In this document: piece after piece, positions 38,201 through 46,741 of the stretch
Position numbering within the stretch: position 1 is the stretch's first letter
Layout of the letters: every line of letters starts with the position of its first letter
Source of the DNA: an uncultured Chloroflexia bacterium
GTDB lineage: Bacteria; Chloroflexota; Limnocylindria; Limnocylindrales; CSP1-4
Assembly (NCBI GenBank): GCA_963833225.1
Contig: CAWHXD010000017.1
Span: 224,001 to 288,000, forward strand
Direction: 5' to 3'
Length of the DNA stretch: 64,000 bases
Program-made: the position numbers and the translations under genes
The notes under the pieces: generated by a model
Databases searched by the model: none
What the model was told of the DNA's origin: nothing
The model's input: the letters and a program-made list of their open reading frames with translations, nothing else

Positions 38201-38744
38201 CCTCGAGCGCGCGTCGCGCCGAGGCCAGCCGCTCCTCGTCCGTCGCCCCCTCGATGATGGACGACGGCGCGTACGGCTGTTCGATCCGGTCGAGGAGGTC
38301 CCGGAACGCCTCGCGATCCTCGGCCATCCGGATGGCTTCCAGCGGCGTGCCCAGGAGCCGGACGTTGTGGCGCTCCAGGACCCCGGCCTCGGACAGCGCC
38401 ATCGCGAGGTTGAGCGCCGTCTGGCCCCCGAGACCGGCGAGCAACCCCTCCGGCCGCTCACGGGCGATGACGGCCTCGATCGCCGGGACCGTGAGCGGCT
38501 CGAGGTAGACGGCGTCGGCCACGGTGGGGTCGGTCATGATCGTGGCCGGGTTGGAGTTGACGAGGATCGTCCGGACGCCCTCGGCGCGCAGCGCACGGCA
38601 CGCCTGGGTGCCCGCGTAGTCGAACTCTGCCGCCTGGCCGATGACGACCGGCCCCGAGCCCAGGATCAGCACCGAGGCGGGCTTGGGCCGGTGCGCGTGC
38701 ACGGGCGGCACCGGGAGCGGCGCGGCGGCACTGCCCTTGGTCAC
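35220..38744 (-). CDS. carB: carbamoyl-phosphate synthase large subunit
   Basis: GSGPVVIGQAAEFDYAG, NSNPATIMTD, EVNPRVSRSSALASKATG, second GSGP.RIGQGIEFDY half. Confidence 0.98.
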   Translation of the reverse strand: MTKGSAAAPLPVPPVHAHRPKPASVLILGSGPVVIGQAAEFDYAGTQACRALRAEGVRTILVNSNPATIMTDPTVADAVYLEPLTVPAIEAVIARERPEGLLAGLGGQTALNLAMALSEAGVLERHNVRLLGTPLEAIRMAEDREAFRDLLDRIEQPYAPSSIIEGATDEERLASARRALEEIGLPAIIRPAFTLGGTGGGIVETEPAYWERVRAGLRASPIKQVMIERCLVGWQEIEYEVMRDAEDTCIAVCSMENVDPLGVHTGDSIVVAPVQTLTDTVHQRLRSAALAIIRALGVEGGCNVQFALSPDSTEYAVIEVNPRVSRSSALASKATGYPIARVAAQIATGRTLAEIPNVVTGTTVAAFEPALDYVVVKLPRFPFDKFPTADRRLGSQMKATGEVMAIDRTFGAALNKALRGLEQAGAGPLGEDPSWRPTFDYLAAVYAGIDADEGGQGLDALPVDDAPIRWTDDAGQACESTRFAQRSAAPIVLRQFVEPSDSRLWRVLGLLRRGVPQEVVRRATGISAWFLAEMGRNVALEAAVGTMGQRLIDPEDADGASLLVTAKRAAFADRDLARLAGTIEAAVRGARMALGLVPGYAMVDTCAAEFAAETPYFYSTYASAGSPPEAPPVNRPAALVIGSGPVRIGQGIEFDYCAVQAADVLRRQGWGAIMVNSNPETVSTDFDASTRLYFEPLDTESVRSIIEFESPAAADGHDIGHGLLPAVVAFGGQTPLNLAGPLVAAGVPLLGSDLETIDQAEERTRFSALLDRLGIPQPEGGMAESIEEALTLADRIGYPVIVRPSFVIGGLAIDFAYSPEDLARHLAAAAIVDPDRPVRIDRFLEGLEVDVDAVCDGTEVLIPGLLEHVERAGIHSGDSIAWFPPQGVSAGDQSLIVSTMERISLALGVRGLVNAQFIVRDDGVYLIEVNPRASRTVPFVSKVTGVPMVELAVRISLGETLRDMGWEGGLRPEPPFVAVKSPAFSTSKLKGVDPSVGPFMQSTGEVIGIAVDPRVAMAKALTGAALIPPRAGAGEPPLALLSIADRDKWGLVDLGQALVRAGYRLAATGGTRAVLEEAGIVAIAPVAKLGEEPVGEESGILELIASGTVRLVVNTPTPRSGPVRDAADIRHATIAEGILCFTSIETGVAAAQALDPAVVDGIAAVRAITEWVPG

Positions 38745-39904
38745 GCGTGCCGCCGGCAGGCGTCCGCGAACCGGTCGAACACGGCGAGCGCATCGAGCGG
38801 CCCGGGGGCGCCCTCGGGGTGGTACTGAACGGTCTCGATCGGTTTCTCGGCGTGCCGCAGGCCCTCGACCGAGCGGTCGTTGAGATTCAGCTGGCTGACC
38901 CGGAAGCCAGAGCTCGCCGGCAGGCTGTCACCGAGGACCTGGACCTCGTGGTTCTGCGCGGTGACCTGGACGTAGCCCGTGTCGAGGTCCTGGACCGGGT
39001 GGTTGGCGCCGTGGTGCCCGAACCGCAGGCGGCCGGTCTCCGCGCCCGCCGCGCGCGCCACGACCTGGTGGCCGAGGCAGATGCCGAGGAGCGGGCGCCC
39101 GTCGTCGATGATCGCGCGGGCGAGGGCGACCGGGCCGTCGAGCCGGGCGGGATCCCCGGGGCCCGGGCTCAGCACGACCCCCGCGATGTCGGCGGCAAGG
39201 ATCTCCGCCGCGCTTGCCGTATGGGGCAGCACGCGGACACGGACTCCCCGGCGGTTGAGGCTGCGGACGATGTTGGCCTTGAGCCCGTAGTCGATGATGG
39301 CCACCAGCGGCGCGGCCGGGTCGTCGCCGGACTCGCGAACGGCCGCGGGACTGACCTGGGCGACGAAGTCCTGGTCCTCCCAGCGCGGGACGTCGCGGGC
39401 CATCGCGATGGCCGCCGCGGGATCGGTCATGCCCGGCTGCGTGATGATGCCCCGGAGGCAACCTGTGCTCCGCAGGTGTCTCGCGAGGGCCCGGGTGTCG
39501 ACGCCCGCGATGGCCGGGATGCCGTTGGTTCGCAGGAGCGTGGCCAGCTGGCGCGCATCGTCGAGGACGGCCGCGGTGGCGTGCGCGACGACCAGGCCCC
39601 GCAGCCACGGCCGCTCGCTCTGGTCGTCCGCGAGGAGCCGGCCGTAGTTGCCGATCAGCGGGTAGGTCATCACGACGACCTGGCCCGCGTAGGACGGGTC
39701 GGTGGCGATCTCCTGGTAGCCGGTCTGCGAGGTGTTGACCACCAGGTCCCCGCCCGCCGGCACGTCGGCCCCGAAGGCGATGCCCGCGAACACGGTGCCA
39801 TCCTCGAGCGCAAGGAGCGCCGGACCCGCGTCGCCGACGCGCGGGTCGACGATCGCGTCGGCGCGCGGAAGCGGGGGCTGTCCGACGAACGGTGGGGTGA
39901 TCAC
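38741..39904 (-). CDS. carA: carbamoyl-phosphate synthase small subunit
   Basis: TGYQEIATDPSY, SPGPGDP, GICLGHQ, QYHPEGAPGP. Confidence 0.98.
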   Translation of the reverse strand: MITPPFVGQPPLPRADAIVDPRVGDAGPALLALEDGTVFAGIAFGADVPAGGDLVVNTSQTGYQEIATDPSYAGQVVVMTYPLIGNYGRLLADDQSERPWLRGLVVAHATAAVLDDARQLATLLRTNGIPAIAGVDTRALARHLRSTGCLRGIITQPGMTDPAAAIAMARDVPRWEDQDFVAQVSPAAVRESGDDPAAPLVAIIDYGLKANIVRSLNRRGVRVRVLPHTASAAEILAADIAGVVLSPGPGDPARLDGPVALARAIIDDGRPLLGICLGHQVVARAAGAETGRLRFGHHGANHPVQDLDTGYVQVTAQNHEVQVLGDSLPASSGFRVSQLNLNDRSVEGLRHAEKPIETVQYHPEGAPGPLDALAVFDRFADACRRHA

Positions 39905-39980
39905 TCAGGTCCCGGCGGGCCGCGGCGGGCGAGCGTCGCAGGCGGGCATGCGCGTGCGCAAGATAGGTCTACCTCTCCAA

Positions 39981-40022
39981 CACCGGCCTCACGGGACCGG
40001 TCCACCGGCCTCACGGGACCGG
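39981..40022 (-). promoter_or_regulatory. two tandem PyrR-type RNA binding hairpins
   Basis: Perfect 20-bp direct repeat; the transcript reads CCGGUCCCGUGAGGCCGG twice, matching the PyrR loop UCCNGNGAGGY, in the carA leader. Confidence 0.75.
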
Positions 40023-40097
40023 CTCTGCAGGATGGCCGAAGCGTAGCATCCCGGCGACCGCCCGGGCATCGCCGGGGGTCCCGCCGAGAGGCGAGCG

Positions 40098-41525
40098 TCA
40101 GCCCGCTGGCGCGGTGTCGCCGCCGGTGGCCGGCGCCGCGGGAGGCACGCTTCCGCCCTGCCCGGGCAGCTCCACCCGGAAGATCGCCCCGCCGGTCTCC
40201 GCGTTGCGCACCCCGATCCGACCGCCGTGCCGCTCGGTGATCCAGCGGGCGATCGCGAGCCCCAGGCCGGTGCCGCCGGACGGTGCGCCGGGCGCTCGAT
40301 AGAACCGGTCGAACACGTGGGCCATGTCCTCGGGCCGCACGCCGGGGCCCTGGTCCGCGACCTCCACCGTCACCATGGTGCCGTCCGTCCGCGCCTGGAC
40401 CGACACGACCCCTCCGCGTGGGCTGTGGCGGACGGCGTTGTCGACGAGGATGGTCACCAGTTGGCGCAGGCGAACTGGATCGCCATCGAGCATAGCCGGC
40501 TCGGGGTCCACCTCGAGGCGGACCAGCCGGTCCTCGGCGAGGCGACCCAGGGAGGTCGCCGCGTCCGACGCCACGTCGCCCAGGTCCAGCGGCATTCGAT
40601 CCAACGGGATCGCCCCCAAATCCGACCGTGCCAGCAGCAGGAGATCGTCCACGAGCAGCGACAGGTGGGTCACCTCCGCCTCGATGTCATCGAGCGCCTC
40701 GGAGGTCGTGCCGAGAGGCTCCTCGCGATGCCGGTTGAGGTGCTCCACGGAGGACCGGATGACGGTCAGCGGTGTCCGCAGCTCGTGCGAGGCGTCGGCG
40801 GCGAACTCGCGCTGGCTCCGAAGCGCGGCACGCTGGGCGGTGAGCGACTCGCGGATCGGCACCAGGGCGCGGCGGGCGTAGAGCGCCCCAAGACCGAACG
40901 ACACGAGGACCACCAGGAACCCACCCCCAAGCAGCACGGCGAGCAGCGCGTTCAGGGTGTTCACCTCGGTGGAGCGGTCCTGGAGCGCCTGGACGTAGTA
41001 CGTGTTGCCGTCCCGGGCGTCGACGCGGTGGGTCAGGATCCGGATCGGGGCGACCGTCGTGGCGCCGCCCGCCTGGATCGTCAGCGTCGAGAGCCGGACA
41101 TCGGTGCGATCGGCGGCGGCTGCGGCGGCGCTCACCCCGTCGGACTCGGGAAGTCCGGCCGGCACGACCTGGCCCCGGTCGCCCAGCAGGACGGGCGTGC
41201 CCGTATCGTCGAACAGGTACAGCAACGTGTTGCCGTTGCCGAACAGGAACCCGAGACCCGGCTGCTCCTGGGTGTCCGGCGTCCCCTCGAGGAACGCGAC
41301 GATCCCCTGCGTCCTGGCCTCCAGCTGGGCAACCGACGCGGTCTCCAGAGCGCGTGCCGTGACCGCGTACAGCGCCGTCGCGAGCACGACCAGGACCGCC
41401 AGCGTGGACAGGCCGCTCCAGGCCACCAGGCGCCAGCGGGTGCGTCGGAGGAGCCGCGCCTGGTCGGCGAGCGCCCCCTGCTCGGCGCCGTCGTCGTCGG
41501 GCGCCAGGCCGACGCCGTCACCCAT
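40098..41525 (-). CDS. sensor histidine kinase (MprB/CiaH-like)
   Basis: Two TM helices, ADASHELRTPL, LVDNAVRH, DQGPG, GTGLGLAI. Confidence 0.93.
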   Translation of the reverse strand: MGDGVGLAPDDDGAEQGALADQARLLRRTRWRLVAWSGLSTLAVLVVLATALYAVTARALETASVAQLEARTQGIVAFLEGTPDTQEQPGLGFLFGNGNTLLYLFDDTGTPVLLGDRGQVVPAGLPESDGVSAAAAAADRTDVRLSTLTIQAGGATTVAPIRILTHRVDARDGNTYYVQALQDRSTEVNTLNALLAVLLGGGFLVVLVSFGLGALYARRALVPIRESLTAQRAALRSQREFAADASHELRTPLTVIRSSVEHLNRHREEPLGTTSEALDDIEAEVTHLSLLVDDLLLLARSDLGAIPLDRMPLDLGDVASDAATSLGRLAEDRLVRLEVDPEPAMLDGDPVRLRQLVTILVDNAVRHSPRGGVVSVQARTDGTMVTVEVADQGPGVRPEDMAHVFDRFYRAPGAPSGGTGLGLAIARWITERHGGRIGVRNAETGGAIFRVELPGQGGSVPPAAPATGGDTAPAG

Positions 41526-42204
41526 CGGACAGCCGGTACCCCACGCCGCGCACCGTTTCGACCTGCGCCCCCGCCGGCCCCAGCTTGGTGCGCAGGTAGT
41601 GGACGTAGGCGTCAACGGCGTTGGGCGTCACCGCGACGCTGAACGGCCACGCGTGATCGAGCAGCTGGTCACGCGTGAGCGCCTGACCGGGGTGGCGGAG
41701 GAGGGCTTCGAGCAGCGAGAACTCGCGGGGGCTGAGATCCACGTTGGCGCCATTCACCGTCACCCGGCGCGCGGCCTCGTCCAGCGTGATCGCACCGGCG
41801 GTCAGCCTCGGTTCTGAGCGTCGGGGTCCGGGCTCGGCCCGTCTCGCGAGGGCTCGCAGGCGCGCCGCAACCTCCGCATAGGCGAACGGCTTGACGACGT
41901 AGTCATCGGCGCCGGCATCGAGACCGGCGACACGGTCGTTGACCGTGTCACGGGCCGTCAGCATCAGGATGCTGACCTCCGCGCCCCGCGCGCCCTGCCT
42001 GCGGATCACGCGCGCGACATCGAGGCCGGACATGTCGGGCAGCCCGATGTCGAGGATCACGGCATCGAGGCCGTCGATCGCGCCGGCGAGCTCGATCCCG
42101 GAGCGACCGTCCGGCGCGTGCTCCACGACATGCCGGTCCTCCTCGAGGAGGCGGGTCAGGGCGCGGGCGAGACGCTGGTCATCCTCGACCAGGAGCAGGT
42201 GCAT
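41518..42204 (-). CDS. OmpR-family response regulator (MprA-like)
   Basis: LLVEDD, ILDIGLP, LTARD..DRVAGLDAGADDY, ETVRGVGY. Confidence 0.95.
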   Translation of the reverse strand: MHLLLVEDDQRLARALTRLLEEDRHVVEHAPDGRSGIELAGAIDGLDAVILDIGLPDMSGLDVARVIRRQGARGAEVSILMLTARDTVNDRVAGLDAGADDYVVKPFAYAEVAARLRALARRAEPGPRRSEPRLTAGAITLDEAARRVTVNGANVDLSPREFSLLEALLRHPGQALTRDQLLDHAWPFSVAVTPNAVDAYVHYLRTKLGPAGAQVETVRGVGYRLSDG

Positions 42205-42239
42205 GCGATGCCTCGAACAGCATTGGTCAGGAGACGATG

Positions 42240-43173
42240 CTACGTGCCCTGGCCAGTGGCGCGGGTGATCAGGGACGCGGCCCGGTCGATCGGGATCGCG
42301 AACCCGAGGCCCTCCGCGGTGGAGGCGATGGCCGTATTGATGCCGATGACCGCCCCGGTCGCATCGAGCAGTGGCCCACCGCTGTTGCCGGGGTTGATGG
42401 CGGCATCGGTCTGGATCAGGTCCTCCAGCGTCGTCGGGCGACCGGTGCTGTCGTCACGGACGGTGATCGTCCGCCCGAGGCCGGAGACGATGCCACGCGT
42501 GACCGTCTCGGTGTAGGTGCCCAGTGGGCTGCCGATGGCGATGGCGGTCTGGCCGACCTGGATGGCCGACGCGTCTCCGATCTTCGCCGCGGTCAGGCCG
42601 GTGGCGTCGACCTTGATCAGTGCCAGGTCCTCGTCCTTGGAGATCTCGACGACCGTCGCGGGCAGCTGCGCCGTCGTGTCCAGCTCCACCGTGAGCGTCT
42701 GGGCGCCCTCCACGACGTGGCGGTTGGTGAGGATGTAGCCGTCGCTGCTCAGGATGATGCCCGAGCCGACCCCGGTGACGGGGCCGCCGAACGGCGAGAA
42801 CCCCTGGGTCGTGATCCCGTCGGCGGTGATCGTGACGACCGAATCCCGGGCATGGGCCACGATGTCGGTGAGATCCGACGAGGTCACGGTCGTGGTCGCG
42901 GACGTCGTGGTGGCGATGGGCGCCGTCGGCCCCGCGGTGGGGGCCGGAACCAGCTCCTTCACCGCGATGGCGGTCCCGCCCGATGCGAGGGCCGCCGACA
43001 GCAGCGAGACGGCGACGATCGTCCCCAGTCCGGCCCGGCGGCGCGGGCGGACGGGAGGCGGCGCGTGCACGATCGGAGCGACAGGCCCCGCGGCGGGGAT
43101 GGCGGGTGCGGCGACCGGGGGCGGGAGAATTCGGCTCGTCGGGCCGTCCGTTGGGGGGAAGCGGCAAGGTCAT
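42240..43173 (-). CDS. HtrA/S1C serine protease without PDZ domain; probable N-terminal frameshift
   Basis: TNRHVV, DLAL, QTDAAINPGNSGGPL; ATG 43173 with GGAG RBS is out of frame across C-runs at about 43117-43158. Confidence 0.88.
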
Positions 43174-43218
43174 CTGGAGACTCCACAGTGGGTGATGGGT
43201 CGATTGAAGCGGGTGCCG

Positions 43219-43235
43219 CTGAGACGCCTCTGAGA
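43219..43235 (-). promoter_or_regulatory. MprA-box-like direct repeat TCTCAG-N5-TCTCAG
   Basis: Minus strand TCTCAGaggcgTCTCAG, upstream of the protease/TCS operon. Confidence 0.7.
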
Positions 43236-43353
43236 GCGGCCCCAGCCACCCTCGGCTCGGCGCATCCCCGGAGGAATCACGACGCGGCGCTCCCGGTGGG
43301 GAGGAGAGAGCCACCCGGAGCGTCGCGTTCGATGACCATTCAAGCGCCGGTGG

Positions 43354-43370
43354 CTGAGAACGGTCTGAGA
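43354..43370 (-). promoter_or_regulatory. second MprA-box-like direct repeat
   Basis: Minus strand TCTCAGaccgtTCTCAG. Confidence 0.7.
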
Positions 43371-43374
43371 ACGA

Positions 43375-44142
43375 TCAGCCTTTTGTGAGCTGCAGCTGCA
43401 CCTCGAGGATGCCCCGGTCCTGGACGGACAGCACCGCCATCGCCTGGGGCTTGGTGATGCCGTAGTCAGCAAAGGCGATCTCGAGCGAACCCGTGATGGT
43501 GACCACGCCGCTCCCAAGGCGCGCCTGCAGCGGGATCTCCACCGCATTGGTCACGCCGTGGAGGGTCAGGTCGCCGGCCGCGGTGATGTCGATCACGGCG
43601 CCATCCGCGGGCGCAGGTTCGAGGTCGATGGGGGTCGTGAGCGTGAACGTGGCCGTCGGGAACTGCGAGGTCTGGAGCGCCTGCCGGCTCAGCTGACCGT
43701 CGCGCCGGGTTTCGTCGCTCACGAGGCCGGTCAGGTCAGCCGTGAACTCGGCGGCGCTGACGACGGTGCCATCGACCGTGACGGAGCCCGTGACGTCGGG
43801 GGTGCGGCCGACGGCCTCCGTGGCCCCGATGCTGGCGAGGGTCTCCTGGACGCGGTAGCCGACGAACGAGCCTGAGAAGTCGGAGAACGAACCCACCGCC
43901 GGATCGACCGACCAGGTGCCGCCAAGGCCTCCGGCGTCGGTGGTCGCGCTGCCGGACGTCGAGGCTGCCGGGCTGCGGCCCACAAGCGTGACCGGCGCCG
44001 GTCCGGCCGGGCGGAAGAACAGGTACCACGTCCCCGCTGCGGCGCCGATGAGCACGACGACCGCCAGGATGGCCAGAATCGGGGCCGGGCGCGGGCGGCG
44101 GATCTGCGTGTTCACGGACGACACCGGCAGCGACGCGGTCAT
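43375..44142 (-). CDS. membrane-anchored YceI-family protein
   Basis: SFVGYRVQE, SDETRRDGQL, FPTATF, GDLTLHGVT, DYGI. Confidence 0.9.
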   Translation of the reverse strand: MTASLPVSSVNTQIRRPRPAPILAILAVVVLIGAAAGTWYLFFRPAGPAPVTLVGRSPAASTSGSATTDAGGLGGTWSVDPAVGSFSDFSGSFVGYRVQETLASIGATEAVGRTPDVTGSVTVDGTVVSAAEFTADLTGLVSDETRRDGQLSRQALQTSQFPTATFTLTTPIDLEPAPADGAVIDITAAGDLTLHGVTNAVEIPLQARLGSGVVTITGSLEIAFADYGITKPQAMAVLSVQDRGILEVQLQLTKG

Positions 44143-44596
44143 GCGCCGGCCTTGTAGGGGTACTGGACCCAGCCGTCGGCCGTGTCCGCCCAGAGGTCCG
44201 GGGCTCCATCCACCCGGGAGCGCCCCGGCTTGAAGTGGACCACGGCGGACAGCGGGATCCCGCCAGCTGTCTTCACGCGCGCGACGACCTCGGTCATCGT
44301 CTCGCCCGTCTCCCAGACCTCGTCCACCACCAACACCCGCTGGCCAGCCAGCAGCGCCGCGTCGGGGAAGTGCCCGATCACCGGGGCTGGGTGCGTGCCG
44401 CCCTCGGGCCGGTAGAACATGGCGCCCGCCACCAGGATCTCGCGCAGGTCCAGGCGGTAGGCGAGCATCCCCGCCGGGCACGAGGCCCGCCACGGGTGAT
44501 CGCGAGCACGAGGTCATGGTCGCGACCGGCCTTCACGGCGAGCCGTTCGACCAGGGCGTCGAGCGCGTCCCAGGTGATGATCTGCGTATTGGGCAC
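44139..44596 (-). CDS. type I purine phosphoribosyltransferase (Gpt-like), frameshifted at about 44475-44490
   Basis: ITWD, LAITRGG[LVP]AGMLAY restored by removing two homopolymer bases; VLVVDEVWETGET, WVQYPY. Confidence 0.85.
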
Positions 44597-44634
44597 AGCG
44601 CCATCATCGCGCATGGCAGCGATGGAGCGTCCGA

Positions 44635-45387
44635 TCAGCCTCCGGTGCCGTTGCTCGGAGCGGGCGCGGACTCGGCGGGCCCCGCGGACTCGGCGGGGAT
44701 CCCGGACGCCACGGGCGTGGCCCTGATGTCGTGGCACAGGGTGCAGGTGCTGTCCTCACGCAGCGCATGGTCAATCGGCAGCGCGCCCACCTGTGCGCTC
44801 TGGTGGCACGCGCGGCAGGTGAGGTTCTGCGGGTCGGGATGGGGCTTCGTGGGCGGCGGGGCCGGGTTGGGCTTGTGGCACAGCCAGCACTCGTCCTGGT
44901 TGCGTCCCACCATGCTCGACGGGAGATGCGCCACCGATCCGTGGCAATCGAGGCAGGGCTCGTTGAGCTCGGCGTGCGCCTGGGTGATCGCCGGGCCGTC
45001 CTGGGCGATCTTGTGGCAGTTGAGGCACTCGCTCTCGGCGATGCCGGTGTGACCGGGCGCCTTGCGACCGAGCGTTTCATCCGTGTGACAGGTCAGGCAC
45101 GCGGTCCAGCCCTCGAGCGGGTGCCCGATCGCGGGGATCGGCTTGAGATCCGCGGCGCCACCCCGCTCGTGGCACAGCAGGCAGCTGTTCGAGGTGGGAA
45201 TGTGGGCCAGGCCCATCTGCATCGTCTCGGGTGTCGCCGCGACCGACGGTGCGCTGGTCTCGTCGGCGGTGCCGCGGGCCGGGATGACCTGCATCCAGTC
45301 GAGGACCATCGTGCCGGCCAGGAGAGCCACCACCACGAAGTTCGCCAGGATCAACAGCCGCAGCGTGCGGTCCAGCCGGGATCTCAT
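44635..45387 (-). CDS. membrane-anchored heptaheme c-type cytochrome
   Basis: Seven CxxCH motifs (CLLCH, CLTCH, CLNCH, CLDCH, CWLCH, CRACH, CTLCH); N-terminal TM helix. Confidence 0.9.
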   Translation of the reverse strand: MRSRLDRTLRLLILANFVVVALLAGTMVLDWMQVIPARGTADETSAPSVAATPETMQMGLAHIPTSNSCLLCHERGGAADLKPIPAIGHPLEGWTACLTCHTDETLGRKAPGHTGIAESECLNCHKIAQDGPAITQAHAELNEPCLDCHGSVAHLPSSMVGRNQDECWLCHKPNPAPPPTKPHPDPQNLTCRACHQSAQVGALPIDHALREDSTCTLCHDIRATPVASGIPAESAGPAESAPAPSNGTGG

Positions 45388-45935
45388 GCCATCGCCTCTG
45401 CCATGGGCCGGGTGGGGTCGCCACCTTGCCGCTCGTTGCTGAGAAGGAACGCCATTCGCGCGAGCTCGCGGCGGACAGCCGCGACAGCCGCCGGAATGGC
45501 GCCCGCCACCGCCGGCGAGAGGTGGACGCCGGCCTCGAGGTCCCCGACCTCGATCGCGACCATCGCCACCCGCGTCGGCAGCCAGCCCATGAGCCGGGCC
45601 ACCGCGAGGAGCTCGCCCACGGGCGTCCCCGCTCCCCCATCGGCGGCGCCGCCCGCCGAGCCCATCGCGTGGCCGTCCAGCACCCGGACCTCGCCGGCCG
45701 GCCCGCCGAGGCGCACGGCGTCCACGAGCACGAGGGCGCGCGACTCGCGGACTGGATCGAGCAGGTCGAGGCCGAGCGTCCCACCGTCGACCAGCCGCGT
45801 GCCCGAGGGAACGGTCCCGGAGGCCGCCTCCGCCTGGGCCCGCAGCGCCTCCACGACCCGCACGCCGACCGCATCGTCGCCGAGCATCACGTTGCCGACG
45901 CCGATCACGACCAGCGGAGCCACGGGGTGGTTCAT
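45384..45935 (-). CDS. hydrogenase maturation protease (HyaD/HybD-like)
   Basis: IGVGNVMLGDDAVG, DGGTLG, LVDAV. Confidence 0.9.
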   Translation of the reverse strand: MNHPVAPLVVIGVGNVMLGDDAVGVRVVEALRAQAEAASGTVPSGTRLVDGGTLGLDLLDPVRESRALVLVDAVRLGGPAGEVRVLDGHAMGSAGGAADGGAGTPVGELLAVARLMGWLPTRVAMVAIEVGDLEAGVHLSPAVAGAIPAAVAAVRRELARMAFLLSNERQGGDPTRPMAEAMA

Positions 45936-46741
45936 GACTCGACCCGCTCCAGGAGCTCAGGCCCGCCGTCCCGCGACTCGACGACCTGGTGGCGGGTGGG
46001 GAACTTCCAGCCGCTGATGATGCTGCTGACCAGGCCGTTGTGCTCGATGTGGTCCACGAGCACGCAGCTGTACACGTGGAACAGCGCGATGGCGAGGATC
46101 AGCCACATCGAAAGGTGGTGGATCTGCCGAAGCAGCTGGGGACCCACGAGCTCGCGGAGCCAGGCGAACAGGGTGGCGCCGGGCTCAGCACCCATCAGGC
46201 CGTCGAGCGCGAAGCCGGTGACGGTCTCGACGAGGAGCAGCGCGAACAGGACGAGGTAGGCGGTGGCGGCCAGCTGGTTGTGGCCCAATACCTCCGGGAT
46301 CTCCTTGCGGATGAAGCCGTAGAACGCGCCCTGCCGGAACAGCTCCGTGAACTGGAACTTGGTGGTCGGGATGAACGCCTTCCAGCGAGCGAACCGGTTG
46401 CCGACCAGGAGCCAGTACGTGCGCACCAGCCCGGAGAGCAGGAACGTGAGCGCCGTCAGGATGTGGATGAGACGGACCGTCGACATCACGTTGCCGCCGG
46501 CGGGGATGAGGAACGGGTCGGCGATGTAGCCGCCGGTGACGGACAGGATCACGATGCAGCTCGCCGTGACCCAATGCGTCACCCGCACCGGGATCTGCCA
46601 GACGTACAGCCGGACCCGCTGGTCTGGGTTGGCCACATGGCCGTCATGAGGGACGGCGGCCACCGGGGGCTCAGCGACGGGCCCCACCTCGGACACGGGC
46701 TCCGGCTCGGCCGTTGCGAGGGGTTCGGAGACGGCGGTCAT
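45932..46741 (-). CDS. Ni/Fe-hydrogenase b-type cytochrome subunit (HyaC-like)
   Basis: VWQIPVRVTHW, RLIH, GHNQLA, IHHLSMW...FHVY, SSIISGWK. Confidence 0.92.
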   Translation of the reverse strand: MTAVSEPLATAEPEPVSEVGPVAEPPVAAVPHDGHVANPDQRVRLYVWQIPVRVTHWVTASCIVILSVTGGYIADPFLIPAGGNVMSTVRLIHILTALTFLLSGLVRTYWLLVGNRFARWKAFIPTTKFQFTELFRQGAFYGFIRKEIPEVLGHNQLAATAYLVLFALLLVETVTGFALDGLMGAEPGATLFAWLRELVGPQLLRQIHHLSMWLILAIALFHVYSCVLVDHIEHNGLVSSIISGWKFPTRHQVVESRDGGPELLERVES

